NCBI GenBank assembly: GCA_003345595.1
Contig: PRDI01000049.1
Location: 1 to 64,000 of the forward strand
Reading direction: 5' to 3'
DNA: 64,000 nt
Source of the DNA: Candidatus Thorarchaeota archaeon
GTDB taxonomy: Archaea > Asgardarchaeota > Thorarchaeia > Thorarchaeales > Thorarchaeaceae
Numbering within the stretch: position 1 is the first letter of the stretch; each line of letters begins with the position of its first letter. The position numbers and the translations under genes are program-made. Below the pieces are notes generated by a model, which saw nothing but the letters and a program-made list of their open reading frames with translations, was not told the DNA's origin and did no database searches. Of the stretch, positions 37,180 through 47,005 are shown piece by piece.

Positions 37180-37545
37180 TCACGTTATCACGATATAGAA
37201 TGTATTGGATGAGAAAGTCTTGCTCTGTGAAGATGTTGGCTTAGCAATCCCGAGCACAACTCTAAGGCCCCCCAACGATCCCAGTATCTCAAGCCCTTTG
37301 GTTTCAGTTCTCCGGAAGACGGTGCCCTCACCATACAGTCTCGCCTGTTCCCCCTTAGGAATAGCCTTGGAGTCAATGACCACATCAACGTGGTCTTTGG
37401 CATTAAACCTACTGGAAAGCGCTTCTGGAAGTTCAATCGTGAGTGTTGCACCATCACTCTTGGACGACACTTTCAAGAGCTTGAGTCTCTTAGTGTCCGT
37501 TTCCTTGATGGATTCGATGATGGCATCCTTGAATCTGACACCCAT
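37180..37545 (-). CDS. rpo8: RNA polymerase subunit Rpo8 (RpoG/Rpb8-like)
   Basis: 121-aa all-beta pattern with the SLGGL motif typical of Rpb8/Rpo8; next to TFB. Confidence 0.7.
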   Translation of the reverse strand: MGVRFKDAIIESIKETDTKRLKLLKVSSKSDGATLTIELPEALSSRFNAKDHVDVVIDSKAIPKGEQARLYGEGTVFRRTETKGLEILGSLGGLRVVLGIAKPTSSQSKTFSSNTFYIVIT

Positions 37546-37623
37546 AACTCTAACACATCCAGCAGACTGAGGCTTCGCGGTGAGCGGCCGAAGGCATTGA
37601 ATTAAACCTGTCGCTGCTCTCTT

Positions 37624-40359
37624 GTGCCGTTTTTTAGGCGTTGCAGCGACAGTTATTCGGTGGGCCTGATGCTTCCGAAACTGCTAGCCATATTGTTCCT
37701 GTCTGTGGCGATGGCATCTTACTTCGTAGCACCAGTTTCGGCCTTCTATTTCGAACTCTACTACTTCGAAACAGACAAGATGGTGTATGAAGTTGGCGAA
37801 ACAATCGAGATGGTCGCCAAGGTCGCTGCTGAGTTCAGCGAAACTGGATCATGTGATCTCTATTTTGCTGTTGTGAGAAGCAACGACTCTGTAACTGTCT
37901 TCTACGACGGCTACAGCATCCCCTCCGAATCCAGTTCTCGCCTTCTGAGTTCGCCTTATGTCATAGTGCCCCATGACATCACCCCGGGAGTCGTTGGTGC
38001 GAAAGTACAGGTGGTCTTTAACATCGTCGTATACGATGAGTACACCCAAGGCAATCAAACGCAGATTGAGATTGATGTGAAAAGAGGTCACCTAACGACG
38101 TTTCCAGAAAGCCCAATGTCGGTTGAGTTCGGAACCAACGCGACAGTCACACTGAGGATTGCAAGCCCACACAACAACAACGTAGTTCTATCCAACGAGC
38201 CCGTTTCGCTCTATGTCCAGAGTCCAGACAGTTTGCCAGTGTTTCAAACAGAAGCATTGACAGACTCGCAAGGTCTGGTTCAATTGAATTGGACCGAATC
38301 CATGGGCCCACCAGGGGTATACAATCTGACTGTCAATGGAGCAGGCACTGCTTCATTCCTACCGTTTTCCGAATCACTACAAGTCACTGTGCAACCTGGA
38401 GCATCGAGCCTGGAAGTACGGACCGTCACCGAACAGGTCTACTGCCAATCCTACGACTGTACTCAGATGGAGTTCGCAGAAGTCACTGTTGAACACCTGA
38501 ACACATCACAGTCCCCAATCCATGATAGCGAACTGAATTGGAATGCATCATTTGGCTGCGGATCCATGAACAATCTAGGGAATGGAACCTATAGTGCACT
38601 AATACCTTTCAGCACCGGGCCCGGACTGTATGCCATTGACCTCACAGCAACAAATGCCGCTTATCAGACTGCCGTAAGCACAGTTGTCATACGGGCAAAT
38701 AGCAGACCACTATTAGCGAATGTCACACTGCTCTCGGAGGTGGTATGCGGCACGCTAATCCGAATTCTGGTGGTAATCACTGACGGATTGAGCAGAACCC
38801 CAGTTGGTTCACTCCCATTCACACTCGGTATTACAGCAAGTAATGAAGACCTGACTGTAGTGGAGGGCGCCACCAACTCTTCGGGCGCTATACAAATCAC
38901 AGCATACGTACCAACCACATCTTGGGGTAGTGGGTTTCTATCTTTGATTGTCCAGAACACAAGCTGCTACAGCGATTTGTCTGAAACACTACCGATTGAT
39001 GTCCTATTTCATCCTAGCGTGCTAAGCCAAGCAAATACCCCGATCATTATCAACTACAATGCAGAAGTCCGCCTGCTCCTGTCAGACCCCATTGGATTGC
39101 CGGTCTTCGGTGCAGTAGTCGAGCTACATACACCCGACAACGTCACAGTGGTCATGAACTCCACGAGCTACGACGGTACCACGCTCCTCCGCTGGCGAGT
39201 TCCTCCGGGAATTGGCCTTGGAAACCAGACTCATCTGTTGGTGATACACAGAAACGATGGAAGGTTCATCAGTCATACAACGAGATACTTGGTATTCATG
39301 GTTCTTTGCCCACTGTTTCTTGAGTCCTCCAATAGCACAGTGCAAGTCGTACGGGGGCACAATGTATCCATTTGGCTCACGATGGTATCGGGCGGGCCTC
39401 AGTGCCAACTGATCAATCTTACGCTCAGAAGCAATGACAGTTCATTGACAACTTCGGCTGTGATTCCCACTGACACGCACGTGGAAATCACACTGAAGAT
39501 GAGCTCAAACATTGCTCCAGGCCCATACGAGGTCTATGCAGAAGTCCTGTCCGGGCCATTTGTCATACTGAACCAGTCTCAAGTCGAAGTCATTGTTATT
39601 GGCACTCTACAAGCGGGTTTCGCCATTGTTTCAGCATTCTATGCTGAAGCCCTCATAGTTGATCCTATTGTGAGAGATGACACTGATAGCACACCAGACT
39701 CGGTATCGGCAACCCTATATTTCAGTGATTGCGGAATTCAAATCCTCTTGGATCCGGCCCTTCCTCGTATGCCATGGTCGATTCCACTGCCCCTTCAAGT
39801 GGCCCCCGGAGCTCACAACGTTACAATCGAAATCAGCCGTCCTTGGTTTGTCGCAGCACGCAGGTCTATTCTCGTGTTTGTATGGATGCGAACAAGAATT
39901 GTGATCTCAGTATCGACCTACAGACCAAACAAGACAGGTTCTGACCCCGGGCTGGAACTGGTTCAGGTCGCTGACAACACATCGAGTAGCTCTCCCGGTT
40001 CAATCATAAGCCCTCCGCCAATCTTGTTCAATGGCACAACTTCAACCGTGTCGCCTACTGCACGAGAAACCTCTCTTACGAGCTGCCCAAGGTTCAGCTC
40101 TGGCACCAACAACCTGTCAACTGTGTCAGCAAACTGCCTTACCTCAGAATCAGGAAATGGCCATAGAGTTCTAAGCCTCAAGGAACGAATCGACAGGGGA
40201 CTCGCTCTGTTCATGACCACTTCTTCCACAGTCCTCGAAGTACTTCCGAAGGAAACCACCCCCCACTCTGCTGTTTGCGGCCCTGAGAATACGACATCAG
40301 TCAGAAGGGCTCTCTCCCTCAGAATCTTGTCTGCGAGTCTTCTCACGAGCCTGTCGTGA
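37624..40359 (+). CDS. Large secreted/surface protein with Ig-like repeats; last 397 nt overlap korA antisense
   Basis: Signal peptide (likely start 37669), TDKMVY..GETI, repeated TDxxG motifs and a Ser/Thr-rich tail. Confidence 0.78.
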   Translation: MPFFRRCSDSYSVGLMLPKLLAILFLSVAMASYFVAPVSAFYFELYYFETDKMVYEVGETIEMVAKVAAEFSETGSCDLYFAVVRSNDSVTVFYDGYSIPSESSSRLLSSPYVIVPHDITPGVVGAKVQVVFNIVVYDEYTQGNQTQIEIDVKRGHLTTFPESPMSVEFGTNATVTLRIASPHNNNVVLSNEPVSLYVQSPDSLPVFQTEALTDSQGLVQLNWTESMGPPGVYNLTVNGAGTASFLPFSESLQVTVQPGASSLEVRTVTEQVYCQSYDCTQMEFAEVTVEHLNTSQSPIHDSELNWNASFGCGSMNNLGNGTYSALIPFSTGPGLYAIDLTATNAAYQTAVSTVVIRANSRPLLANVTLLSEVVCGTLIRILVVITDGLSRTPVGSLPFTLGITASNEDLTVVEGATNSSGAIQITAYVPTTSWGSGFLSLIVQNTSCYSDLSETLPIDVLFHPSVLSQANTPIIINYNAEVRLLLSDPIGLPVFGAVVELHTPDNVTVVMNSTSYDGTTLLRWRVPPGIGLGNQTHLLVIHRNDGRFISHTTRYLVFMVLCPLFLESSNSTVQVVRGHNVSIWLTMVSGGPQCQLINLTLRSNDSSLTTSAVIPTDTHVEITLKMSSNIAPGPYEVYAEVLSGPFVILNQSQVEVIVIGTLQAGFAIVSAFYAEALIVDPIVRDDTDSTPDSVSATLYFSDCGIQILLDPALPRMPWSIPLPLQVAPGAHNVTIEISRPWFVAARRSILVFVWMRTRIVISVSTYRPNKTGSDPGLELVQVADNTSSSSPGSIISPPPILFNGTTSTVSPTARETSLTSCPRFSSGTNNLSTVSANCLTSESGNGHRVLSLKERIDRGLALFMTTSSTVLEVLPKETTPHSAVCGPENTTSVRRALSLRILSASLLTSLS

Positions 40360-41096
40360 GTTTCGGGGTCCGAAGTCATCCTCAGCCCATTATTGTCGTG
40401 GGTTGAACCGGTCACGAGCAGATTGTGGCCATCACCAAATCTTGGCATTATTGCATGTCCGCTCGCATCAATGCCGCCAAATGACGCTTCTCCTGCTCGT
40501 GCGAATCTTCTCTGCACTGTCACATCTCTGTTTCCTGTAATAACAACCCTCTCTCGAGAGTGAGCGACAATCTCGTCGGACAGCAGTATCGTTGGATGCC
40601 TCAGGCGTTCAGACAGGAGGAAGGCCCTCAGGGTCAGCTCATAAGTCTCTTCTGCTGAGCTCGGAGCAAGCACTATGCTTTCGTAGTCACCATGAGACCC
40701 CCATCTGGACTGCATGACGTCTCCTTGGGCAGCCTTAGTTGCTTGCCCTGTGCTCGGGCCTGCTCTCTGAACGTCCACAATGACACAAGGTGTTTCAGTC
40801 ATGACGGCATAGCCTATGCCTTCCTGCATAAGACTGAACCCCGGTCCCGAGGTAGCAGTCATTGAAAGAAGGCCACCCCACGAGCTACCAATGATGGCGG
40901 AGATTGCCCCTATCTCGTCTTCCATCTGGAGGTACGTGCCCCCCACCAGTGGTAACCTTTCAGCCATGATTTCAGCAATTTCAGATGCAGGTGTGATTGG
41001 ATAGCCAGCAAAGAAGCGGCAGCCCGCAGCTATGGCCGCTTCAGCACAAGCTTGATTCCCTTGCCAGAAGTGAACCGATCTGTCTTGACCAGACAT
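39963..41096 (-). CDS. korA: 2-oxoacid:ferredoxin oxidoreductase alpha subunit
   Basis: GYPITPASE, QMEDEI, TATSGPGFSLMQE, QRAGPSTG and ELNLGQ. Confidence 0.93.
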   Translation of the reverse strand: MSGQDRSVHFWQGNQACAEAAIAAGCRFFAGYPITPASEIAEIMAERLPLVGGTYLQMEDEIGAISAIIGSSWGGLLSMTATSGPGFSLMQEGIGYAVMTETPCVIVDVQRAGPSTGQATKAAQGDVMQSRWGSHGDYESIVLAPSSAEETYELTLRAFLLSERLRHPTILLSDEIVAHSRERVVITGNRDVTVQRRFARAGEASFGGIDASGHAIMPRFGDGHNLLVTGSTHDNNGLRMTSDPETHDRLVRRLADKILRERALLTDVVFSGPQTAEWGVVSFGSTSRTVEEVVMNRASPLSIRSLRLRTLWPFPDSEVRQFADTVDRLLVPELNLGQLVREVSRAVGDTVEVVPLNKIGGGLMIEPGELLDVLSAT

Positions 41097-41354
41097 TCTT
41101 GGGACTCTCGATCCTGCGTCGTTCTAGTGTCAAGATAAGATTTCTGCAACAGCTCCCGAGTGCAAGTCGTCAGGAAGACTGCGACTCAATCATATCATAC
41201 GAATCGCCGGTCTTGAGAAGGATTGGTCGCAGTCTTTGACTCGCGCATCATCCGACGCCAATCGACATTGACTCTTCGTTGTCATCGAAACGAAACATGC
41301 ACGGCAGTTATCCCGATAGTCTTTTATCAAGCACACCATGTGCTGCTAGGCTGA

Positions 41355-41461
41355 GCGGCCATGGTCTAGTATGGTCTAGGACGGAAGCCTCCCAAGCTTC
41401 CAACCCGAGACGGTTTCGCTGACCGCGAACTGCGGGAGTTCAAATCCCGGTGGCCGCACCA
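41355..41461 (+). tRNA. tRNA-Gly(CCC) with a 29-nt intron at 53/54 (41410-41438); CCA encoded
   Basis: Acceptor stem GCGGCCA/TGGCCGC, anticodon arm GAAGC-CTCCCAA-GCTTC; BHB helix CCCG/CGGG with bulges AGA and AGT. Confidence 0.92.
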
Positions 41462-41678
41462 TCTTCGTTCGCCATGCTTAAGGGGGAGTTCAACAGATTG
41501 GGTCATTGGCGAGTGATGATTGTCATGACCCCGATGAGTCGATTTGGACGATGATATGGATCTTGAGTTAAGAGCTCGCCACTATTACTTTCGGTCACCT
41601 CTACTGTCCGTGTGCATTTAATCGTACACCACGCACAATGCTTTTAAGTTCCCAACACGGTGCCCCAGTTGGACTGCA

Positions 41679-42872
41679 ATGTCTCGGGACTATGTTGAGG
41701 ACGAGCTGAGCCGACACAGTGTGTTCAAGTCAGAGCAATTCCTGTCTGTCGACTATGTCCCTGAAACACTTCCTCATCGTGAATTGGAGCTGAGAACTCT
41801 GGCTCAGAGCTTCAAGACTCTCATAACGTCACCCGGTCGGACGAGTCAGAAATTCATCGTCGAGGGGCCTGTTGGCACTGGAAAGACAGCCGTGACCAAG
41901 AGGTTCTCAGAGCAGATGGTCCAAGCGGCCAACAGAAGAGGCATTCGGTTGCACAAGCTGCATATCAACTGCCGAGTGAACAAGACCACCAATCTGATCT
42001 ACATGAAGATGCTTCGTGAGTTCAAGCCGATGTTTCCTCGTAGAGGACATTCGCCTGCCGAAATCCTCCAAATGGTCTTAGAAGTCCTCGACTCCGAAGA
42101 CAAGTATCTCCTATTGATTATGGATGAGCTTGACTATTTCATTAGACAGAGAGGGGCAGACATACTCTATGACCTCACACGACTTATGGACGACCGACTC
42201 AATGCCCCACAAAGAATCTCAATGATAGGAGTAGGGCGCGACATCTCAGTTGACGAGAGCATGTTTGATCATAGTATCCTCAGCACCCTCCAGCGCAACA
42301 TCTTGCATTTCGAAAAATACAATTCTGAGGCGCTGCACGACATTCTGAGAGACCGAGTTGTGTTGGCATTTGAACCCAACACAGTCATGGACGAGGCTCT
42401 CCAAGTCATATCCGACATAGCATCTGAGCGTGGTGATGCAAGGTATGCTATTGAGTTATTGTGGCGTGCAGGTAAGCAAGCCGACCGCGAGGGCTCTAAG
42501 GCAGTGTATCCTGACTACGTACGCCAGGCCAAGGCCGACACACACCCTGAGCTGAGGAAGGAGGTCTTCACGTCTCTCCCGCTACAGACCAAACTTCTCT
42601 TGCTGGCTGCGAGCAGGCATCTGAAAGAGATTCGTAGTGCTTATGCGACGATAGGAGAGGTGGAGGACATGTATCACACAGTGTGCGAAGAATATGGACA
42701 GGAGCCAAGAGCACACACCCAAGTCTGGCAGTGGGTCCAAGACCTAAGCGCTCATGGAATAGTCGACACAAAGCGGTCTGGACAAGGGCAGAGGGGTCAG
42801 ACTACGCTCATAGGTCTGTCGGACGTTCCTGCAGACATGCTCGAACGCTTCCTTGTAGATCTGCTCAAGTGA
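41679..42872 (+). CDS. cdc6: Orc1/Cdc6 replication initiator
   Basis: YVPETLPHRE, GPVGTGKT, INC, MDELDY, GDARYAI and a C-terminal wHTH (GQRGQTTLI). Confidence 0.96.
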   Translation: MSRDYVEDELSRHSVFKSEQFLSVDYVPETLPHRELELRTLAQSFKTLITSPGRTSQKFIVEGPVGTGKTAVTKRFSEQMVQAANRRGIRLHKLHINCRVNKTTNLIYMKMLREFKPMFPRRGHSPAEILQMVLEVLDSEDKYLLLIMDELDYFIRQRGADILYDLTRLMDDRLNAPQRISMIGVGRDISVDESMFDHSILSTLQRNILHFEKYNSEALHDILRDRVVLAFEPNTVMDEALQVISDIASERGDARYAIELLWRAGKQADREGSKAVYPDYVRQAKADTHPELRKEVFTSLPLQTKLLLLAASRHLKEIRSAYATIGEVEDMYHTVCEEYGQEPRAHTQVWQWVQDLSAHGIVDTKRSGQGQRGQTTLIGLSDVPADMLERFLVDLLK

Positions 42873-42896
42873 CTTTAGGAGGATGCTCGAATCATT

Positions 42897-43181
42897 ATGA
42901 ACCCTGTTTCTGGCATGCGAATACCGATCGAAGATCTGTTCTCTTCAAAAGGGCGCGTAAGAATCCTCAGAGAACTTGCCATGTCTGGTGAGCTGAACAT
43001 ATCGGAATTGTGCAGAAGAGCTGGACTGAACCACAGTTCAACAAAGGCTCATTTGGAGGTACTACTGCAATCCGGTTTGATTGAAGAGAAGACATTCGGC
43101 AGAATCAAGATCTACCGATACCGCGTCGAAGACCTGAGGGCGCGTTCTCTGAGGAACTTGTTTGACCTATGGTCATCATAA
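42897..43181 (+). CDS. Small ArsR-like winged-helix protein
   Basis: SKGRVRILREL...LNISELCRRAGLNHSSTKAHLEVL..SGLI. Confidence 0.85.
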   Translation: MNPVSGMRIPIEDLFSSKGRVRILRELAMSGELNISELCRRAGLNHSSTKAHLEVLLQSGLIEEKTFGRIKIYRYRVEDLRARSLRNLFDLWSS

Positions 43182-43197
43182 GAGGTCCAAGAGCAGG

Positions 43198-44016
43198 ATG
43201 ACCGCCTACTTGTGCCGTCTCTTCTACCTCGGCAACAACTATCATGGTTCTCAGTGGCAATTAGGACTACGCACGGTCCAAGGTGAGCTCATAAGTGCAG
43301 CTGCAAAGTGGAGTGGGGAAGAACACTCACCGGCCACAATCCAGTTATCAGGACGCACAGATGGAGGGGTACACAGCATAGGTCAGATAGCAATGATAGT
43401 GTCCGGCGTACCACTAGACATCAACCAGATCAACAAACATCTACCGAACGACATCACGCTCTGGGCTTATGCAGTGGCCCCGCCTGGGTTCAAGCCACGT
43501 CACAGCGTGCTTATGCGCCATTATAGATACTACCTCGACACATCAGAGATGAATCTTGATGTGGCATCAATGCAAAAGGCTACGCAACATCTCATAGGGT
43601 CACATGATTTTGCCTTGCTTTCAAAACCAGACGGCAACAGATCATCCAGGGCGACGCTTCTTAATGCCTGTATTACGGGTTCTGAAGATATGCTGACATT
43701 GGACACGTACGGAACCAGTTTTCTATGGAAGCTCGTGCGGAAGATAGTGTCTCTGCTCATTCACGTTGGAACGGGCGAACTGGCCCCCGAAGTTGTCCCT
43801 GAAATCCTTCATGGGCAGACGGTGATACACAGTGGGATCAGGCCTGCCGCACCCGAATGCCTTGTACTCATCGAAGCAATCACACCAGTTCGTATGAAAC
43901 GGAGCAAGCTGGCAGTGAAAAGAGTCCAAAAACAGATGTACACCCAATTGGGATTCCTTGCGAAATCGACTAGGACCTTGTCTGCTTTGAGCGAGGACTC
44001 TCTTTTGAAGCAATAG
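43198..44016 (+). CDS. truA: tRNA pseudouridine(38-40) synthase
   Basis: YHGSQ, SGRTDGGVHS, GSHDF, SFLWKLVRKIV and PAAPECL. Confidence 0.93.
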   Translation: MTAYLCRLFYLGNNYHGSQWQLGLRTVQGELISAAAKWSGEEHSPATIQLSGRTDGGVHSIGQIAMIVSGVPLDINQINKHLPNDITLWAYAVAPPGFKPRHSVLMRHYRYYLDTSEMNLDVASMQKATQHLIGSHDFALLSKPDGNRSSRATLLNACITGSEDMLTLDTYGTSFLWKLVRKIVSLLIHVGTGELAPEVVPEILHGQTVIHSGIRPAAPECLVLIEAITPVRMKRSKLAVKRVQKQMYTQLGFLAKSTRTLSALSEDSLLKQ

Positions 44017-45211
44017 ATGCTCTACTAATACCAAGCCATTTGGCAAGTACATTACCGGCTTTCGGATCTCTTGTTGCGATTTGTTCCACTGTATCATAGA
44101 AGGCCCGACCTGCTCTTCTCCTAGAGACTCTGGACAAATGCGAGATCTTGGAAACGGCATCTGCATTCTTGTCCCATTTTCTGGCGCCACGCCACACGAG
44201 AAGGGGCCAAGACGGTTCCGAATAGTCTAATCGTCGATACGGTGTATCCGAGCGACTTGCTACAATCCCTACTGCAAGGAAATCTTGGACATATGCCAGC
44301 AGTTTCCAGTTTTGTTCTCTCCGTATTCTGCCGAGCGCCAAGTCAGATAATGACAATGCTTCAAACCCCTGGCTTAGCTCATGATAAGCTGTAAGATGCA
44401 GATGCAGATTCTCCTCGAGCCAGAGCACCAACTCCTCAGGATCAACGTCTGCCTCTGATACGGTTCTTCTAGCTACACTAGGACTAGTTGCCATAAAGAG
44501 CCTGCTTAGGGTTTCCTTGACACCACGACGAACATCCCTTGACGCCAAGGAACTGACCCCCAAGGTGACATCACCAACAGCAAGCACCTCCAAGTCAGAG
44601 ATGGCCGCTCGCAGGTCGCCACCTGACTGGTCAGCTATGTCCTCAAGGACCGTGTCCGTGATTTCGAGTCCATTGAGCACTGCAACTCGTTTCAGAACGC
44701 CGAGCATGTCTTTTGCATCTATGGGCTTCATATTGAGTACTCGACAATGTCTTTTCAAGTCTTTCAGGCGAGGGCTTTCGGGATCGTTGGCAGTCATAAC
44801 TAAGGGGTGGATAGTTTCTTCTATGACTTTCAGGATAGCCCCAGCCCCACCCCTGTCACCAGTACCAGAGAGGCCATCAACTTCGTCCAGCAAAATGATG
44901 CGCATTCGTCCGTCAAGGGTCTGTTGTGTTGATGCAGTCCACACTTGCGTTTCTATAACTCCCTTGTTGCGCTTGTCACTCGCATTGAACTCGACTAGTT
45001 CAGCATCCAAGTCCCTAGAAAGTGCAACCACAGCTGATGTCTTGCCAATTCCTGGCGGTCCTAGTAGCAGCATCGCCTTGACCTTTGGCGTTTTCCGTTT
45101 CCAAGAAGCCACCCAGTCACTGAGCTCTTGAAGAGCCTCATGATTACCTGCCACCTGATCCAGACTCTGCGGCCTGTGCTTTTCAGGCCAAGGCAGACCT
45201 TCCTCACTCAT
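43970..45211 (-). CDS. rfcL: Replication factor C large subunit
   Basis: WPEKHRP, GPPGIGKT, EFNASD, DEVDGL and GDLRAAI. Confidence 0.95.
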   Translation of the reverse strand: MSEEGLPWPEKHRPQSLDQVAGNHEALQELSDWVASWKRKTPKVKAMLLLGPPGIGKTSAVVALSRDLDAELVEFNASDKRNKGVIETQVWTASTQQTLDGRMRIILLDEVDGLSGTGDRGGAGAILKVIEETIHPLVMTANDPESPRLKDLKRHCRVLNMKPIDAKDMLGVLKRVAVLNGLEITDTVLEDIADQSGGDLRAAISDLEVLAVGDVTLGVSSLASRDVRRGVKETLSRLFMATSPSVARRTVSEADVDPEELVLWLEENLHLHLTAYHELSQGFEALSLSDLALGRIRREQNWKLLAYVQDFLAVGIVASRSDTPYRRLDYSEPSWPLLVWRGARKWDKNADAVSKISHLSRVSRRRAGRAFYDTVEQIATRDPKAGNVLAKWLGISRASIASKESPRSKQTRS

Positions 45212-46167
45212 TCCGATTCCTTCTGAAGTCCTACGAAAGACAAAAGCGCTCCAAGCTGAACCTCTCCGCTTGCTCCTTCAGATATACGAAACTCGGCTTC
45301 TGCCGTCCTCTCAAGAAACACCATTCTCAGATGTTCTGAAACATCCTGTTTCATGATCTCTCTATGTACCTGCCGTATCAAGTCAAGGGATGATAGTCCT
45401 TGATGATAGATGAGATCTCTGAGGATTTGAAGCGCCGCGTCACATTTGCCAGACTGTGCCACCAGTAGCATTTCATGCACTCTCTTGGGGTCTGGTTGGC
45501 CTGATATCGCGTAGACCACTTCATCGGTGACACTTCTACTTGCAGCGGCTGCAGCCTGTAGTAGATTGATTGCAGTCCTCATGTCTCCCTCCGCAAGATA
45601 CAGTATGGCCTCCTTTCCACTGGAAACAAGTTTGACATTCTCACTTTTCGCGATGTATTCAATTCTACCTGTGACACTTTCATCTGAGAGCCGGGCGAAC
45701 TTGAAGATGGCACATCTTGACTGGATTGGCGGAATGATTCGACTAGAGTAGTTGCATATCAGTACCATTCGACACGATGCCGCATTTGCCTCCATCGTGC
45801 GTCTCAGAGCATGCTGTGCGTCACTCGTCAGGTGATCGGCTTCATCCAAAACGAGGATTTTGAACGGCGCACCCCCTGCAGGAAGAGTCCGTGCAAAGTG
45901 CTTGATCTGGTTTCTCACGACCTCGATTCCTCTCTCGTCACTGGCATTCAGTTCCATGAAATTCTGTTCAAACGATTCGGCAAACAGATCTTTTGCCATC
46001 GCGATAGCTGCAGTGGTCTTGCTCGTTCCGGGTGGGCCAGTGAAAAGGCAGTGAGGAATATTCCTGTTCTCAACGAACTTTGCCAGACTCCTGATCACCG
46101 ACTCTTGGCCGACTATATCTGCCAGAGTCGATGGTCTATACTTCTCGGTCCAGAGGTCCATACTCAT
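45208..46167 (-). CDS. rfcS: Replication factor C small subunit
   Basis: WTEKYRP, ELNASDERG, DEAD, SRC and GDMR. Confidence 0.96.
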   Translation of the reverse strand: MSMDLWTEKYRPSTLADIVGQESVIRSLAKFVENRNIPHCLFTGPPGTSKTTAAIAMAKDLFAESFEQNFMELNASDERGIEVVRNQIKHFARTLPAGGAPFKILVLDEADHLTSDAQHALRRTMEANAASCRMVLICNYSSRIIPPIQSRCAIFKFARLSDESVTGRIEYIAKSENVKLVSSGKEAILYLAEGDMRTAINLLQAAAAASRSVTDEVVYAISGQPDPKRVHEMLLVAQSGKCDAALQILRDLIYHQGLSSLDLIRQVHREIMKQDVSEHLRMVFLERTAEAEFRISEGASGEVQLGALLSFVGLQKESE

Positions 46168-46351
46168 CGACTTTCATCATCCTACTCTGGGAAGCTTGTG
46201 ACACTTCAGTGTCGCAGGATGAGAGAACTCGCCATCGGCCCTTAAAAGACCCTTCGGGCAAGCTCAGTGCCGCCATTGCGTTCCAAATGATGAGCCTGAC
46301 CCCACGGGAAGGGCTTTATGAGGGCCACACCAACTTTGCATCCGTGCTCTC

Positions 46352-46912
46352 ATGATGAAGATCTGTGACGACATCGGTGAGATGGTGGACCGATTTAGGA
46401 TGACTTTTCTTAACGACGTCAGGGAATGTATATTCAGGAAGGATGTTCCGACGATTACTGCCTGTGCCCACCAGATGGGTCCTTTCCACCAAGGTGATCA
46501 TGCAGACTTGCCAAACTGGGTCATTGAGAAGTTCCTGAAGCACAATCTCGTTGACCTAGCAGCCGAGGACGCCTATGAGTCCCTGAGAAGAGTGGAGAAC
46601 CTCTATAGAGAGGACGAGAAACAGCCACACAAGCTTCAGCCATTTCATCCGAATCTCTATGCAGCACTCAATCGTAAATTACTGCGGCTTGAAAGCGACA
46701 AGACATCGCTAGACCCTAGGAGCTACGAAGAGATTGAGAAGCTCAAACGGATAATTCCATTTCTGGTAGAATCACGTCTGTCCAAGATAGTACGTGCAGC
46801 GAAGTCCGGCGCCTATCTCGAGATGCGCAAACAGATGGCCAACGAGGAACGCTGGTTGTGTGAAGAGCTCTCACGAATCGTGTCTGAATGGCGTGACCGT
46901 GTGATGAGATAG
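46352..46912 (+). CDS. GINS subunit (Gins23-type)
   Basis: N-terminal B-domain GPF..G...LP.W, then a helical A-domain (RLSKIV, EER); immediately upstream of mcm. Confidence 0.78.
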   Translation: MMKICDDIGEMVDRFRMTFLNDVRECIFRKDVPTITACAHQMGPFHQGDHADLPNWVIEKFLKHNLVDLAAEDAYESLRRVENLYREDEKQPHKLQPFHPNLYAALNRKLLRLESDKTSLDPRSYEEIEKLKRIIPFLVESRLSKIVRAAKSGAYLEMRKQMANEERWLCEELSRIVSEWRDRVMR

Positions 46913-47005
46913 GAGAAGCCAACACAGGAGCTTAAATACGAATCAACATGCCTAAGCAGTAGACGCAGAGCAGCTGCCCGACCGCGTACGCCGTCTAGAG
47001 CAAAG

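Noticed and set aside
27130-41461. Integrated mobile element at tRNA-Glu or tRNA-Gly
   Set aside because: I saw no integrase or relaxase and no duplicated tRNA 3' end (att site), and core genes (TFB, rpo8, korA) are interspersed.
41462-41678. Origin directly upstream of cdc6
   Set aside because: Only a lone GGGGG; no TTCCA...GAAA ORB core and no extended AT-rich tract.
46012-46045. RFC small subunit Walker A reads GPPGTSKT
   Set aside because: The Lys-Thr is intact and Ser/Ala at this position is tolerated in related AAA+ proteins; all other motifs are normal.
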